From an uncultured Loktanella sp. (GTDB lineage: Bacteria; Pseudomonadota; Alphaproteobacteria; Rhodobacterales; Rhodobacteraceae), in NCBI GenBank assembly GCA_964614205.1, contig CAZTKF010000007.1:153-64152 (forward strand): DNA of 64,000 nucleotides. The letters run 5' to 3'. The notes under the pieces are model-generated. The model had not been told where the DNA came from, ran no database searches, and was given only the letters and a program-made list of their open reading frames with translations. Below are positions 36,753 to 45,830 of the stretch, in pieces. The stretch's first letter is position 1. Every line of letters begins with the position of its first letter. Position numbers and translations under genes: made by a program.

Positions 36753-37202
36753 TCACAGCACCTTCTCCATGAAGATCGAGCTGTTGGCGGCGGCATAATC
36801 GCCAAACACGCCGCATTCCTTGAACCCGTGCCGGGCATATAAACGGTGGGCCGCATGCAACACGTTTCCGGTTTCGAGTTTCAGCACCGCAACGCCCTCT
36901 TCGCGAGCGGTGTCTTCGATCTGGCGCAGGAGGGCCGCGCCAACACCTTTGCCGCGTGCCGCTTCACTCACAAACATCGACTTCACCTCTCCGTAGCGGG
37001 GTTTTACCATCAATGCCCCGGTTCCCAGGGCATCGTCGCCGACCCTTGCAGTGAAGAAGTGAATACCGGGAGCGACCAGTTCGTCGATGTCGAGGTAGAA
37101 GTTGTCTTCGGGTGGGAACAGATTTTGTATCAGGGCATGGCTTTGCCTGAGCAAAGCGGATGCTTGTGGGTGACGCGGATCTGTCCGTTCCACGATGATC
37201 AT
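36753..37202 (-). CDS. GNAT family N-acetyltransferase
   Basis: Acetyl-CoA motif ARGKGVGAALLRQ. ATGA overlap with the cobW stop. Confidence 0.8.
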   Translation of the reverse strand: MIIVERTDPRHPQASALLRQSHALIQNLFPPEDNFYLDIDELVAPGIHFFTARVGDDALGTGALMVKPRYGEVKSMFVSEAARGKGVGAALLRQIEDTAREEGVAVLKLETGNVLHAAHRLYARHGFKECGVFGDYAAANSSIFMEKVL

Positions 37203-38272
37203 GTCTGCAAGGCAGCCGTGATTGTCGCGTGATCCAGACCTGCCTCTCCTATTACGACCAAGCGTGTTTCGCGGGGGGCATCGCCGAAAGGCTGATCGAA
37301 ATAGGTGTCCACGCGCGGACCGACCGCTTGCAGCGTCAGCCGCATCGGTTTCCCGACGACGGCGACAAAGCCTTTCAGGCGAAGGATGTTGTTGGCGCGG
37401 ATCACATCGGCGACTTGGGCGGCAAAGGTGTTTGCATCAGCGATTTCACCGCGGGTGACGATAAAGCTTTCGAATTCGTCATGACCATGCTCGTGTTCAT
37501 GATCATAGTGGTCATCGTCGTCATCGTGGTGGTGGTGATGGTGGATTTCGTGGCGCGCGGCCAGATCGGCCTCGGCACCAACGCCCTGACCCAGCAGTAC
37601 ATCGACAGGAAGCGCCCCCATTGCTGCCTTAACGACTTGTACTCCGGAGCGGGCTTCGGATTTCAGCTTTCCTGTGAGAACCTCAGCCTCGGATGCATTC
37701 AACAAATCGGTCTTGTTGACGACAATCATATCCGCGCAGGCCACCTGATCTTCAAACAGTTCGGACAGCGGTGTTTCATGGTCAAGGTTTTCATCTTGCG
37801 CGCGTTGGGCATCGACGGCGGCGACGTTATGGGCGAATTGCCCGTCATGGACGGCGCGGCCATCCACAACGGTCACGACGCCATCGACGGTGACTTTGGT
37901 CGATATGCCGGGCCAGTTGAACGCGCGCACCAGAGGTTGCGGCAGGGCCAGACCGGATGTTTCAATCACGATATGATCGGGCTTTTCCTCGCGGGCCAGC
38001 AGGGCCTCCATCGTCGGGATGAAATCGTCGGCAACCGTGCAACAGATGCAGCCATTGGAGAGCTCTACGATATCATCCTCGGTGCAGACCTCATCGCCGC
38101 AACCCTTCAGAATATCGCCATCGACGCCTAGGTCGCCAAACTCGTTGATGATCAGAGCAATCCGCTTGCCTTGCGCGTTTTGCAGCATGTGCCGGATCAG
38201 AGTTGTCTTACCGGCGCCGAGAAAACCGGTGACGACAGTGGCAGGGATTTTTGCGGGCATGACTTGGTCCAT
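37199..38272 (-). CDS. cobW: cobalamin biosynthesis GTPase metallochaperone CobW (COG0523)
   Basis: VVTGFLGAGKTT P-loop, GCICC motif, and a His/Asp-rich tract HEIHHHHHHDDDDDHYDHEHEHGHDE. Candidate starts are 38272, 38260 and GTG 38311. Confidence 0.9.
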   Translation of the reverse strand: MDQVMPAKIPATVVTGFLGAGKTTLIRHMLQNAQGKRIALIINEFGDLGVDGDILKGCGDEVCTEDDIVELSNGCICCTVADDFIPTMEALLAREEKPDHIVIETSGLALPQPLVRAFNWPGISTKVTVDGVVTVVDGRAVHDGQFAHNVAAVDAQRAQDENLDHETPLSELFEDQVACADMIVVNKTDLLNASEAEVLTGKLKSEARSGVQVVKAAMGALPVDVLLGQGVGAEADLAARHEIHHHHHHDDDDDHYDHEHEHGHDEFESFIVTRGEIADANTFAAQVADVIRANNILRLKGFVAVVGKPMRLTLQAVGPRVDTYFDQPFGDAPRETRLVVIGEAGLDHATITAALQT

Positions 38273-38329
38273 TACAGTTCGCGTATGACCCTGCCTTTCT
38301 TGCGTCACCACGTGGAAGTTGCAAGTGCC

Positions 38330-38806
38330 CTATTCGATGATGAAGGTCTCTTCTACGAACAATGGCTGCCCGTCAGCGACCCATACTTTGTGGTCGTTTC
38401 CGCCCAGATACACGTGAATCGTTGCCTCCCCTTTTGGCAGGTCAATCAGGTGTCGCATGTCGGTGTAAAGCCGGCCGAGATTCTGACCATTTACAAAAAG
38501 GTGCCCATGGCCGGTGCCGGGCTCAACGGCTGTGTTGACGTCATGCGGGGTCATCCGAAAGCCGTCCATCGCAACAAACAGGTTGTGACCAGAGGCCGGA
38601 TCGGGCTGCAGATCGAGGGCGAGTGTCGGGGTTGGCAGGTCGGAGGGCCAAATGTTCTTGCGCTCGTCGCTCAGCTCCGCGTAGGGGGCCATCCCCATGT
38701 GATGAACACCGTTGCCACCGTTGCGAGACAGCACACCACTGTCCAGCATTGTGCCAGCGAATGTGCCAGCCGCCAGACCAACGATGAGGAATGTCAGGTT
38801 TCGCAT
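38330..38806 (-). CDS. exported His-rich protein of unknown function (possibly DUF4399-like)
   Basis: Signal-like MRNLTFLIVGLAAGTFAG, with HHMGM and GTGHGHLFVNG...IHVYLGGNDHKVW motifs. The DUF4399 resemblance is from memory only. Confidence 0.5.
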   Translation of the reverse strand: MRNLTFLIVGLAAGTFAGTMLDSGVLSRNGGNGVHHMGMAPYAELSDERKNIWPSDLPTPTLALDLQPDPASGHNLFVAMDGFRMTPHDVNTAVEPGTGHGHLFVNGQNLGRLYTDMRHLIDLPKGEATIHVYLGGNDHKVWVADGQPLFVEETFIIE

Positions 38807-38973
38807 TTTTTGTAGCCCCAATCAGCCCAATCGATATCCTGTGTACGTGCGATCGTGGGGGTTGGATGTATAAATGCTGGGGAACTTGGCACATGGAGCA
38901 CAGAAGCGCCGCCCTGTGCAATTTCTCAATTTCTCAGGGTCAATGCGCTGGGCCGCACGAGGGAGGTCGAGAA

Positions 38974-39002
38974 GGGCGCCTTCGAGAAAGCTGAAGGCGC
39001 CC
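38974..39002 (-). terminator. perfect hairpin between the CbiM-like gene and the next gene (possible intra-operon attenuator)
   Basis: GGGCGCCTTC (38974-38983) / GAAGGCGCCC (38993-39002) with a 9-nt loop, 8 nt after the stop. The trailing U-tract (TTCTCG) is weak. Confidence 0.4.
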
Positions 39003-39009
39003 GAACCGA

Positions 39010-39684
39010 TCAGACCGAATAGAGCCGCGATGTGACCAGCGCGCTGCCCTCAAGCTTGCGCATAGCCTTTGCCGCGGCAAGAACCGCCAAGTCGGCGAGG
39101 GGTTCGAGCAAGAGGACCGCCATGTAGGCAGCTCCGAATGACATTATGGCAGATACATTTTCAGCGCCAAATCCGGTGCCATAGAAGGCCCAGAATGCAA
39201 CCCAGGCAACAATACCGCCTTGATAGGTCGCAGACATCGCAAGGCATTGCTTGAATGTCAGATCAACATAGGCAGTCCCCTTTGCGATGACGTGTTTGGA
39301 CAATACCTGCAGTCCGAACAATGGAACCAGAAGCGTGGTGAGGTTCATCGCATATTGCGGCAAATCGGTTGGGGCGAAAAGCATCCCTTGCAGCAGCAGG
39401 CCCAGCGCAAGACCGATGGCAGCCGGGGCCGCCCCGAGGATCAGCAGCAAGGTTGATCCAAGGATGAGGTGCACTTCGGATACGCCGACGGCTACATGTG
39501 GAAGCAATTCGAAAAAAACGAAGACTGCGACGGTGGCGATGATAGCACGCGCCGCAAGGGATATGATGCCGCGATCGCGCAACGCCTCCCAGACCAGCTT
39601 GGCTGAATAGACTGTGGCGCCGGCGGCTGTTGCGTATGACAACGCAAGCTTGGCCCCGGTAACGATACCTGGTTCGATATGCAT
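39010..39684 (-). CDS. CbiM/NikM-like membrane protein (candidate cobalt permease), with no cbiN/Q/O nearby
   Basis: 224 aa, about 6 TM, N-terminus MHIEPGIV (compare CbiM MHIMEG). An AAGGAAGGA SD precedes ATG 39684. It lies directly downstream of a cobalamin riboswitch. Confidence 0.6.
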   Translation of the reverse strand: MHIEPGIVTGAKLALSYATAAGATVYSAKLVWEALRDRGIISLAARAIIATVAVFVFFELLPHVAVGVSEVHLILGSTLLLILGAAPAAIGLALGLLLQGMLFAPTDLPQYAMNLTTLLVPLFGLQVLSKHVIAKGTAYVDLTFKQCLAMSATYQGGIVAWVAFWAFYGTGFGAENVSAIMSFGAAYMAVLLLEPLADLAVLAAAKAMRKLEGSALVTSRLYSV

Positions 39685-39729
39685 TTTGTATTTTCCTTCC
39701 TTGACCGTCATCCCCGACAGCCGGTTTCA

Positions 39730-39930
39730 CATTTCGCATGGCTGGTCTCCTGGCTTGCGGGTCAGTGCGCTTTGCTGCCTTCCCAGAGATGTTCTCCAGT
39801 GGCGTGCTGCAAAGCACTCTCCGCATACAGTCGCGGGGGCGGCTGTGGCTTGGGGCCTCTGGTGAAGATCGGCCCGACCACATTCCCATTTGATCCCCTG
39901 ACACTCTAGTGCCGTGCGGGGAACCATGTT
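39730..39930 (-). promoter_or_regulatory. cobalamin (AdoCbl) riboswitch
   Basis: The minus-strand read contains, in canonical order, GGTTCCCCGCACGGC, AAATGGGAATGTGGT, GCCGCCCCCGCGACTGTA, CACGCCACTGG..CTGGGAAGGC, and the B12 box AAGCCAGGAGACCAGCC (39756-39740). Confidence 0.85.
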
Positions 39931-40154
39931 CTTTGACCGTGCGACCAAAGTGGCTGTCACGTCAAGTTGAAAACCGACGTTTACAGTCAAGTTGGCGGCC
40001 AGTGTCAGGCAAGGCCCTGTTTCACATGTCCCGGATCGCAATATCTTGTGGATAAGGCAGCGGAAGATAGCACATGCGGGGCACGGGGCGTTGACTCACG
40101 CAGTGTCACAGGGCGATGCTGTCGCAGATTGAGGAATCATACGGGCAAGGAACG

Positions 40155-43100
40155 TTGCGCTTTAGCAAACTGCGACTGAATGGCTTCAAGAGCTTTGTGG
40201 ACCCCACTGATCTGATCATCGCAGATGGTTTGACAGGTGTTGTGGGCCCCAATGGCTGTGGCAAATCGAATTTGCTCGAGGCACTGCGCTGGGTCATGGG
40301 CGAGAATCGTCCGACCGCAATGCGTGGCGGGGGCATGGAAGACGTCATCTTTGCCGGCGCTGCAACACGGCCCGCGCGCAATTTCGCGGAAGTTTCTCTG
40401 GTCATCGACAATGGCGAAAGGCTGGCACCCGCGGCATTCAACGATGATGACAACCTCGAGATTGTGCGGCGGATCACGCGGGATGCGGGCTCGGCTTACA
40501 AGGTTGGGGCCAAGGACGTCCGCGCCCGTGATGTACAGATGTTGTTTGCGGATGCCTCGACCGGGGCGCATTCACCGGCGCTTGTGCGGCAAGGCCAGAT
40601 TTCCGAACTGATCAATGCCAAGCCAAAAGCGCGCCGTCGTATCCTCGAAGAGGCTGCCGGGATTTCCGGACTTTACCAGCGCCGTCACGAAGCGGAACTG
40701 AAATTGAAAGGCGCCGAGACAAACCTGACCCGTGTCGATGACGTGATTGAGCAATTGGCAACACAACTGGGTCAGCTGGCGCGGCAGGCCAAGCAGGCCG
40801 CGCGTTACCGCGAGATCGGCGACAAGCTGCGTCGCGCCGAGGGGATGTTGCTGTTCCGTCGCTGGAAGGAAGCAGACGAGGCTTTGTTGGCGGCCGCCGA
40901 GCAATTGCGTGAACGTACGACCGTTGCCGCGCAAGCTGAAAAAGCTGCACGAGATGCTGCCAAGGCACGTGCTGTTGCCGAGGATGCCTTGCCTCCATTG
41001 CGCGAGGAAGAGGCCATCGCGGCAGCTGTCTTGCAGCGCTTGCAGGTGCAACGCGATACATTGAAAGATCAAGAGCAACGCGCACTTGAAATGATCGAGA
41101 CCTTGCGTGCGCGGATTGAACAACTGACCCGCGATATGGACCGCGAAAGCGGTTTGAACAAGGATGCCGGCGAAACGATCGATCGGTTGGAGTGGGAATC
41201 CCGGGAGATCGCAAAAGCGGGTGAAGGCCATGATGCGCGGCTGGAAGAGGCACAGGTCGCCGCACGCGAGGCGGCGGGTGTGCTGCAACAACGCGAGGCT
41301 GATCTGGCGCAACTGACAGAAGATGTCGCACGGCTGGCGGCGCGACATCAATCAGCACAGCGTTTGCTTGATGATAACCGTACAACTCTTGCCAAGAGCG
41401 AAGAGGAAGCAGCCCGCGCCAAGGCCGCAATGGGCGAAGCAGAGACTGCTTTGCACAGGGCCGAGGCAGAGTTTGCCGCTGCTGGCGAAGCCGAGAAAGC
41501 GGCGGTTGCCGCTGCCGAGGCCGCTGACAGGGCCTTGGTTGAAGCCGAGACCGCGCGCGCCGATACGCAAGCGCGCGAAAGCGATGCGCGCGCGCTGCGT
41601 TCCGAGGCAGAGGGTGAGGCAAGTGCCTTGCGTGCCGAGGTTTCTGCCCTTGCAAAGCTGGTTGAGCGCGACACGGCAGAAGGTGGGCAAGTGCTTGATC
41701 TGTTGCGGGTGCAGGGCGGATACGAGAAAGCACTTGGTGCGGCACTGGCAGATGACCTGCGCGCGCCGGAGATTGACGCAAAAACCAAGTCCGGTTGGGC
41801 GCTGATGCCCGGTTATGGTATGACACAAACCCTGCCAGAGGGTGTGGCTGGGCTTGTGAACTATGTCACTGTTCCAGAGGTTTTGGCGCGTCGCATGAGC
41901 CAGATCGGCCTTGTTGATGCGCATGACGGACCGCGATTGCAGGCACAATTGAAACCGGGGCAGCGGCTGGTATCGATTGAAGGTGACCTGTGGCGCTGGG
42001 ACGGGTTTCGCGCAGGGGCCGAAGATGCGCCATCCGCAGCTGCATTGCGTCTGCAGCAGTTGAACCGCCTAACCGAACTCAAGCGTGACCTGGAAGAGGC
42101 ATCGGCCACTGCCGCCGGTGCGGCACAGGCGCATGAAACCCTGACCGGTATGCTCAAGGCCCAGACAGAGGCTGACCACGCCGCCCGCCAGGCGCGCCGC
42201 GACGCTGATCGCGCGGTCGCAGATGCCAACCGGGCGGCCAGCCGGGCAGAGGCAGATCGCAATCTGACGCAAGGCAAGCTGGAAAGTCTGGGCCTTGCCT
42301 TGAAACGCCATGAGGAAGAAGCGCTCAATGCACGTCGCGCCTTGGTTGCTGCAGAGAAGGCTGCCGAAGAACTGGGCGATCTGGAGACGGCACGCGCCTC
42401 TGTCGAAGATGTGAAAATGACAGTCGAGGCGGCGCGGATCACCATGATGTCCCGCCGGTCTGCCTATGACGAAGTGCGCCGTGAAGGTGAGGCACGGCTG
42501 AAACGCAGCCAAGAGATCACCAAGGAAATCAGCGGCTGGAAGCACCGGTTGGAAACGGCCAGCAAGCGCACGGCCGAGTTGGCGGAGCGCAAAACGGAAT
42601 CTGAGGCAGCCCTGACAGAAGCAACGGCAGCCCCCGAAGAAATTGCTGCGAAACGCGCCGAACTTGCTGACGCCATTGCTGAGGCAGAGGTGCGCCGCAA
42701 GGCTTCCGCTGACAAGCTGGCGGAGGCCGATAACATCCTTCGTGAGGCGGGCCACCAAGAGCGCGAAGCGGAGCGCCAAGCCTCTGAGGCCCGCGAGGCG
42801 CGGGCGCGCTCTGAAGCGCGGTCCGATGCTGCACGTGAAACTGTGGCCTATGCTGCAGAGCGGATTTTGGAAGCGCAGGATGTGACACCGCAAAAGCTGC
42901 TGGAAACACTCGAGACGAATGTCGACCAGATGCCGGTGGCCGAGGTGATCGAAGGGCAGGTCAACGCGCTCAAGCGCCAGCGTGATGCGCTGGGCGCTGT
43001 CAACCTGCGTGCCGAAGAAGATGCCAAGGACGTACAAGTCGAGCATGACGGGCTGGTGTCCGAGAAGGCGGATCTGGAAGCAGCCATCGCAGCGCTCCGG

Positions 43101-43610
43101 TCTGGCATTGCAAGTCTGAACAGGGAAGGCCGCGAGCGGTTGTTGACCGCATTTGAGCAGGTGAACGAAAATTTCGGCCTGCTCTTTACCCATCTTTTCG
43201 GCGGGGGCGAGGCAAAGCTGGTGCTGGTGGAATCCGATGATCCGCTGGAAGCCGGTCTTGAGATCATGTGCCAGCCGCCGGGCAAGAAACTCAGCACGCT
43301 CTCTTTGTTGTCAGGTGGCGAGCAGACGCTGACGGCGCTTGCGCTGATCTTTGCGGTGTTTCTTGCCAACCCCGCCCCGATCTGTGTGCTGGATGAGGTT
43401 GACGCGCCACTGGATGACGCCAACGTGACCCGTTTCTGCGATCTTCTGGATGAAATGACCCGCCGCACCGAAACACGATTCCTGATCATCACGCACCACG
43501 CGGTCACAATGAGCCGGATGGACCGGCTCTTTGGGGTGACGATGGGTGAACAGGGTGTGTCGCAGTTGGTCTCGGTTGATCTCAAGCGGGCCGCTGCGAT
43601 GGTGGCCTAG
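40155..43610 (+). CDS. smc: chromosome segregation protein SMC
   Basis: (M)RFSKLRLNGFKSFVDP...GPNGCGKSN Walker A, long coiled coils, hinge, LSGGEQ signature and VLDEVDAPLD Walker B. TTG 40155 has an AAGGAA SD; an alternative ATG is at 40116. Confidence 0.95.
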   Translation: MRFSKLRLNGFKSFVDPTDLIIADGLTGVVGPNGCGKSNLLEALRWVMGENRPTAMRGGGMEDVIFAGAATRPARNFAEVSLVIDNGERLAPAAFNDDDNLEIVRRITRDAGSAYKVGAKDVRARDVQMLFADASTGAHSPALVRQGQISELINAKPKARRRILEEAAGISGLYQRRHEAELKLKGAETNLTRVDDVIEQLATQLGQLARQAKQAARYREIGDKLRRAEGMLLFRRWKEADEALLAAAEQLRERTTVAAQAEKAARDAAKARAVAEDALPPLREEEAIAAAVLQRLQVQRDTLKDQEQRALEMIETLRARIEQLTRDMDRESGLNKDAGETIDRLEWESREIAKAGEGHDARLEEAQVAAREAAGVLQQREADLAQLTEDVARLAARHQSAQRLLDDNRTTLAKSEEEAARAKAAMGEAETALHRAEAEFAAAGEAEKAAVAAAEAADRALVEAETARADTQARESDARALRSEAEGEASALRAEVSALAKLVERDTAEGGQVLDLLRVQGGYEKALGAALADDLRAPEIDAKTKSGWALMPGYGMTQTLPEGVAGLVNYVTVPEVLARRMSQIGLVDAHDGPRLQAQLKPGQRLVSIEGDLWRWDGFRAGAEDAPSAAALRLQQLNRLTELKRDLEEASATAAGAAQAHETLTGMLKAQTEADHAARQARRDADRAVADANRAASRAEADRNLTQGKLESLGLALKRHEEEALNARRALVAAEKAAEELGDLETARASVEDVKMTVEAARITMMSRRSAYDEVRREGEARLKRSQEITKEISGWKHRLETASKRTAELAERKTESEAALTEATAAPEEIAAKRAELADAIAEAEVRRKASADKLAEADNILREAGHQEREAERQASEAREARARSEARSDAARETVAYAAERILEAQDVTPQKLLETLETNVDQMPVAEVIEGQVNALKRQRDALGAVNLRAEEDAKDVQVEHDGLVSEKADLEAAIAALRSGIASLNREGRERLLTAFEQVNENFGLLFTHLFGGGEAKLVLVESDDPLEAGLEIMCQPPGKKLSTLSLLSGGEQTLTALALIFAVFLANPAPICVLDEVDAPLDDANVTRFCDLLDEMTRRTETRFLIITHHAVTMSRMDRLFGVTMGEQGVSQLVSVDLKRAAAMVA

Positions 43611-43617
43611 GGCCGGA

Positions 43618-43636
43618 GCCTCCGGCGGGGATATTT
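43618..43636 (+). repeat. dispersed short repeat, copy C (5' half only)
   Basis: GCCTCCGGCGGGGATATTT lies between the convergent smc and transglycosylase stops. Confidence 0.6.
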
Positions 43637-43663
43637 GTTGGGCCAATAATAACCTCGATGGTA

Positions 43664-44830
43664 TCAAAGCCGGTTAAGGAGCTCCTGCGTCGGCCACGCA
43701 TCCGCCGGCATCCCCAGCCGTACTTGTTCAGCTTGAACGGCAGCCCGGGTCATGGCACCCAAGATGCCATCAATGCCGCCCACATCATGGCCCCGTTGTA
43801 TGAGTTTCTGCTGCAACTGCTGCATTTGCGGGCCAGTGAGTGCCGGAGTCGGGTTGCCGGCATCATAGACAGCAGCCCCCCCCAGGCGCGTTGCGAAATA
43901 GGCAGCTGTTGTCACGTAGACAAAGCTTTTGTTCCAGTCGAAATAGACTTCAAAATTGGGGTAGGCCAGAAACGCTGGTCCGTCACGCCCCATTGGCAGC
44001 AGTACCGAAGCTTGCAAATTTGAGGGGCCCAGACTGCCCTCGCGTGCGCGGACACCCCGCGCGGCCCAATCCCGCACGCTTGCCTTGTGGTTCAGGCCGG
44101 TTTGCGACCAGTCCAGGTCTGCAGGTACGACAATTTCCTGCAACCATGGCTCGTTCGGCCGCCATCCTAAAGAGGAAAGAACATTTGCACCCGTCATCAG
44201 TGCATCTGGCGATGAACCTTTCAGATCCACGATCCCGTCACCATCACCGTCCATGCCTTGGCGTACGATTTCGCGCGGCAATTTTTGCAACTGTCCGATT
44301 TCCCCTGCCCATGCCCCGGTCGTGGTCGCGGGGTTCATCCCGCCGCGGCGAAAGAGCTCGATTGCGGCGATCAGTTGTGGGCGAAACAGTTCTGGTCGAC
44401 GGCAGTCATGGGCCAGAGTCAGTAGCGCATTGCGCGTGTTGAAGCTGCCTTGCACCTGCCCATAGTCCGTTTCGAACGCCCAGAAGGCCAAAAGCACACC
44501 ACGCGGGATACCAAAGCGCGCTTCGATGGCGTCAAATGTACTGTCGAAGCGCTGCCCGTAGATCCGGCCGTTATCAATCCGGTTCTGGCTGATCAGGGCA
44601 CGTGAAAAACTGATGAAGTCACGTTGGAATACGCCCTGCGCGCGGTCTGCGTTGATGACCGATTGTTCGATCTGCGCGCCTTGGAAGAAGGCATCAACTG
44701 TCTGGGCGGGTAGGCCTTCGGCCCGTGCCTCGGCCTTGACCCCTTCGATAAAGGCGTCCACCGGCCCGCCACAGGTTTGTGCAGCGGCTGTACTGGCGAA
44801 AATCGAAAGGACGAGGGCCGCTGCGCGCAT
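43664..44830 (-). CDS. lytic murein transglycosylase with C-terminal peptidoglycan-binding domain
   Basis: Signal MRAAALVLSIFASTAAAQ, an MltB/SLT_2-like core (AFWAFETDYG), and a C-terminal PG_binding_1-like LQQKLIQRGHDVGGIDGILG. GGAGAA SD at ATG 44830. Confidence 0.85.
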   Translation of the reverse strand: MRAAALVLSIFASTAAAQTCGGPVDAFIEGVKAEARAEGLPAQTVDAFFQGAQIEQSVINADRAQGVFQRDFISFSRALISQNRIDNGRIYGQRFDSTFDAIEARFGIPRGVLLAFWAFETDYGQVQGSFNTRNALLTLAHDCRRPELFRPQLIAAIELFRRGGMNPATTTGAWAGEIGQLQKLPREIVRQGMDGDGDGIVDLKGSSPDALMTGANVLSSLGWRPNEPWLQEIVVPADLDWSQTGLNHKASVRDWAARGVRAREGSLGPSNLQASVLLPMGRDGPAFLAYPNFEVYFDWNKSFVYVTTAAYFATRLGGAAVYDAGNPTPALTGPQMQQLQQKLIQRGHDVGGIDGILGAMTRAAVQAEQVRLGMPADAWPTQELLNRL

Positions 44831-44921
44831 GGGTGTTCTCCGGAATGCCGTTTCCACACAGCCTAGCAGGGGCAATGCCCAAAGCAAGGTCGGTGCAGGC
44901 GGCAATGTGGGAAATTGCCTA

Positions 44922-45830
44922 TCAGGCGAGGTGCTGCAACACCGCAAAGGCAAATGCCAGTCCAAGTGCGAGTGTCCAGGTCTTCCACAGGACCGCAACG
45001 GCCTGATCGATATGTTCGGCGTGAAGGTTTCGTTCGCCGTCACCATTCACAAAAGGATAGTCCCTGATCTCACCGTCATAGCTGCGCGGCCCGCTCAGTG
45101 CGATATCCAACCCATGTGCCATAGCAGCTTCAGGCCATCCGGCATTCGGCGAACGATGCAATGGTGCCTCTTGGAAGATGGCTCTTGCCGGTGGGCGTGT
45201 CGTGACCGCCCAGATCAACAGAGCAGTCAGACGGGCCGGAATGAGATTGAGCAGATCATCAAGTTTCGCGGAGGCCCACCCGTATTCCGCGTGTCTGGGT
45301 GTCTGGTAGCCGATCATACTGTCAGCGGTGTTGGTGATCTTATAGATCAGCAGTCCGGGTAATCCGGCCAGAGCGAACCAGAAGATCGGCGCAATGACAC
45401 CGTCCGACAGGTTTTCGGCGGCGCTTTCGATGGCGGAGCGGGCGACGGCCGATCGTTCCATCGCCTTGGTATCGCGTCCGACGATCATGGCGACGCTGCG
45501 CCGCCCGTCACCGAGCGATAGGCGCAGGGCATCCCCGACAGCCTGCACGTGCGCGACCAGTGATTTCTGCGCAAGCAGAACGGCCAGCACGATCACATCA
45601 AGGATGTTGCCCGGCGCCGACTGGATCAGCCAGCCTGCAACGCCGACTGCCAGACACAAGGCCGCAATTGTCAGGATGCCTCTCTGCCGTCTGTTGTCGC
45701 CCGCATTGAAACTCCGGTCGCACCATCCGATCAGCCGGCCCATCAAGATAGCAGGGTGCGGGATTCGCGACCAAAGCCATTTGGGTTCGCCCAATAGCGC
45801 ATCCAGCAACATGCCGAAGACAAGCGTCAA
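44922..45830 (-). CDS. cbiB: adenosylcobinamide-phosphate synthase
   Basis: LLDALLGEP...HPAILMG motif. TTG 45830 has a GGAGG SD 7 nt upstream and forms a TTGA overlap with the upstream stop. The ORF-track start 45887 is also TTG, and ATG 45812 is an alternative. Confidence 0.85.
   Translation of the reverse strand: MTLVFGMLLDALLGEPKWLWSRIPHPAILMGRLIGWCDRSFNAGDNRRQRGILTIAALCLAVGVAGWLIQSAPGNILDVIVLAVLLAQKSLVAHVQAVGDALRLSLGDGRRSVAMIVGRDTKAMERSAVARSAIESAAENLSDGVIAPIFWFALAGLPGLLIYKITNTADSMIGYQTPRHAEYGWASAKLDDLLNLIPARLTALLIWAVTTRPPARAIFQEAPLHRSPNAGWPEAAMAHGLDIALSGPRSYDGEIRDYPFVNGDGERNLHAEHIDQAVAVLWKTWTLALGLAFAFAVLQHLA

Noticed and set aside
39263-40041. Minus-strand ORFs 39263..39904 and 39727..40041
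   Set aside because: They run through the cobalamin riboswitch and out of frame through the CbiM-like gene, so they are spurious.
40572-43585. Several long minus-strand ORFs inside smc (e.g. 40612..41826, 42069..43193, 42848..43585)
   Set aside because: They are antisense shadows of Ala/Glu/Arg-rich coiled-coil codons. SMC is complete and continuous on the + strand.
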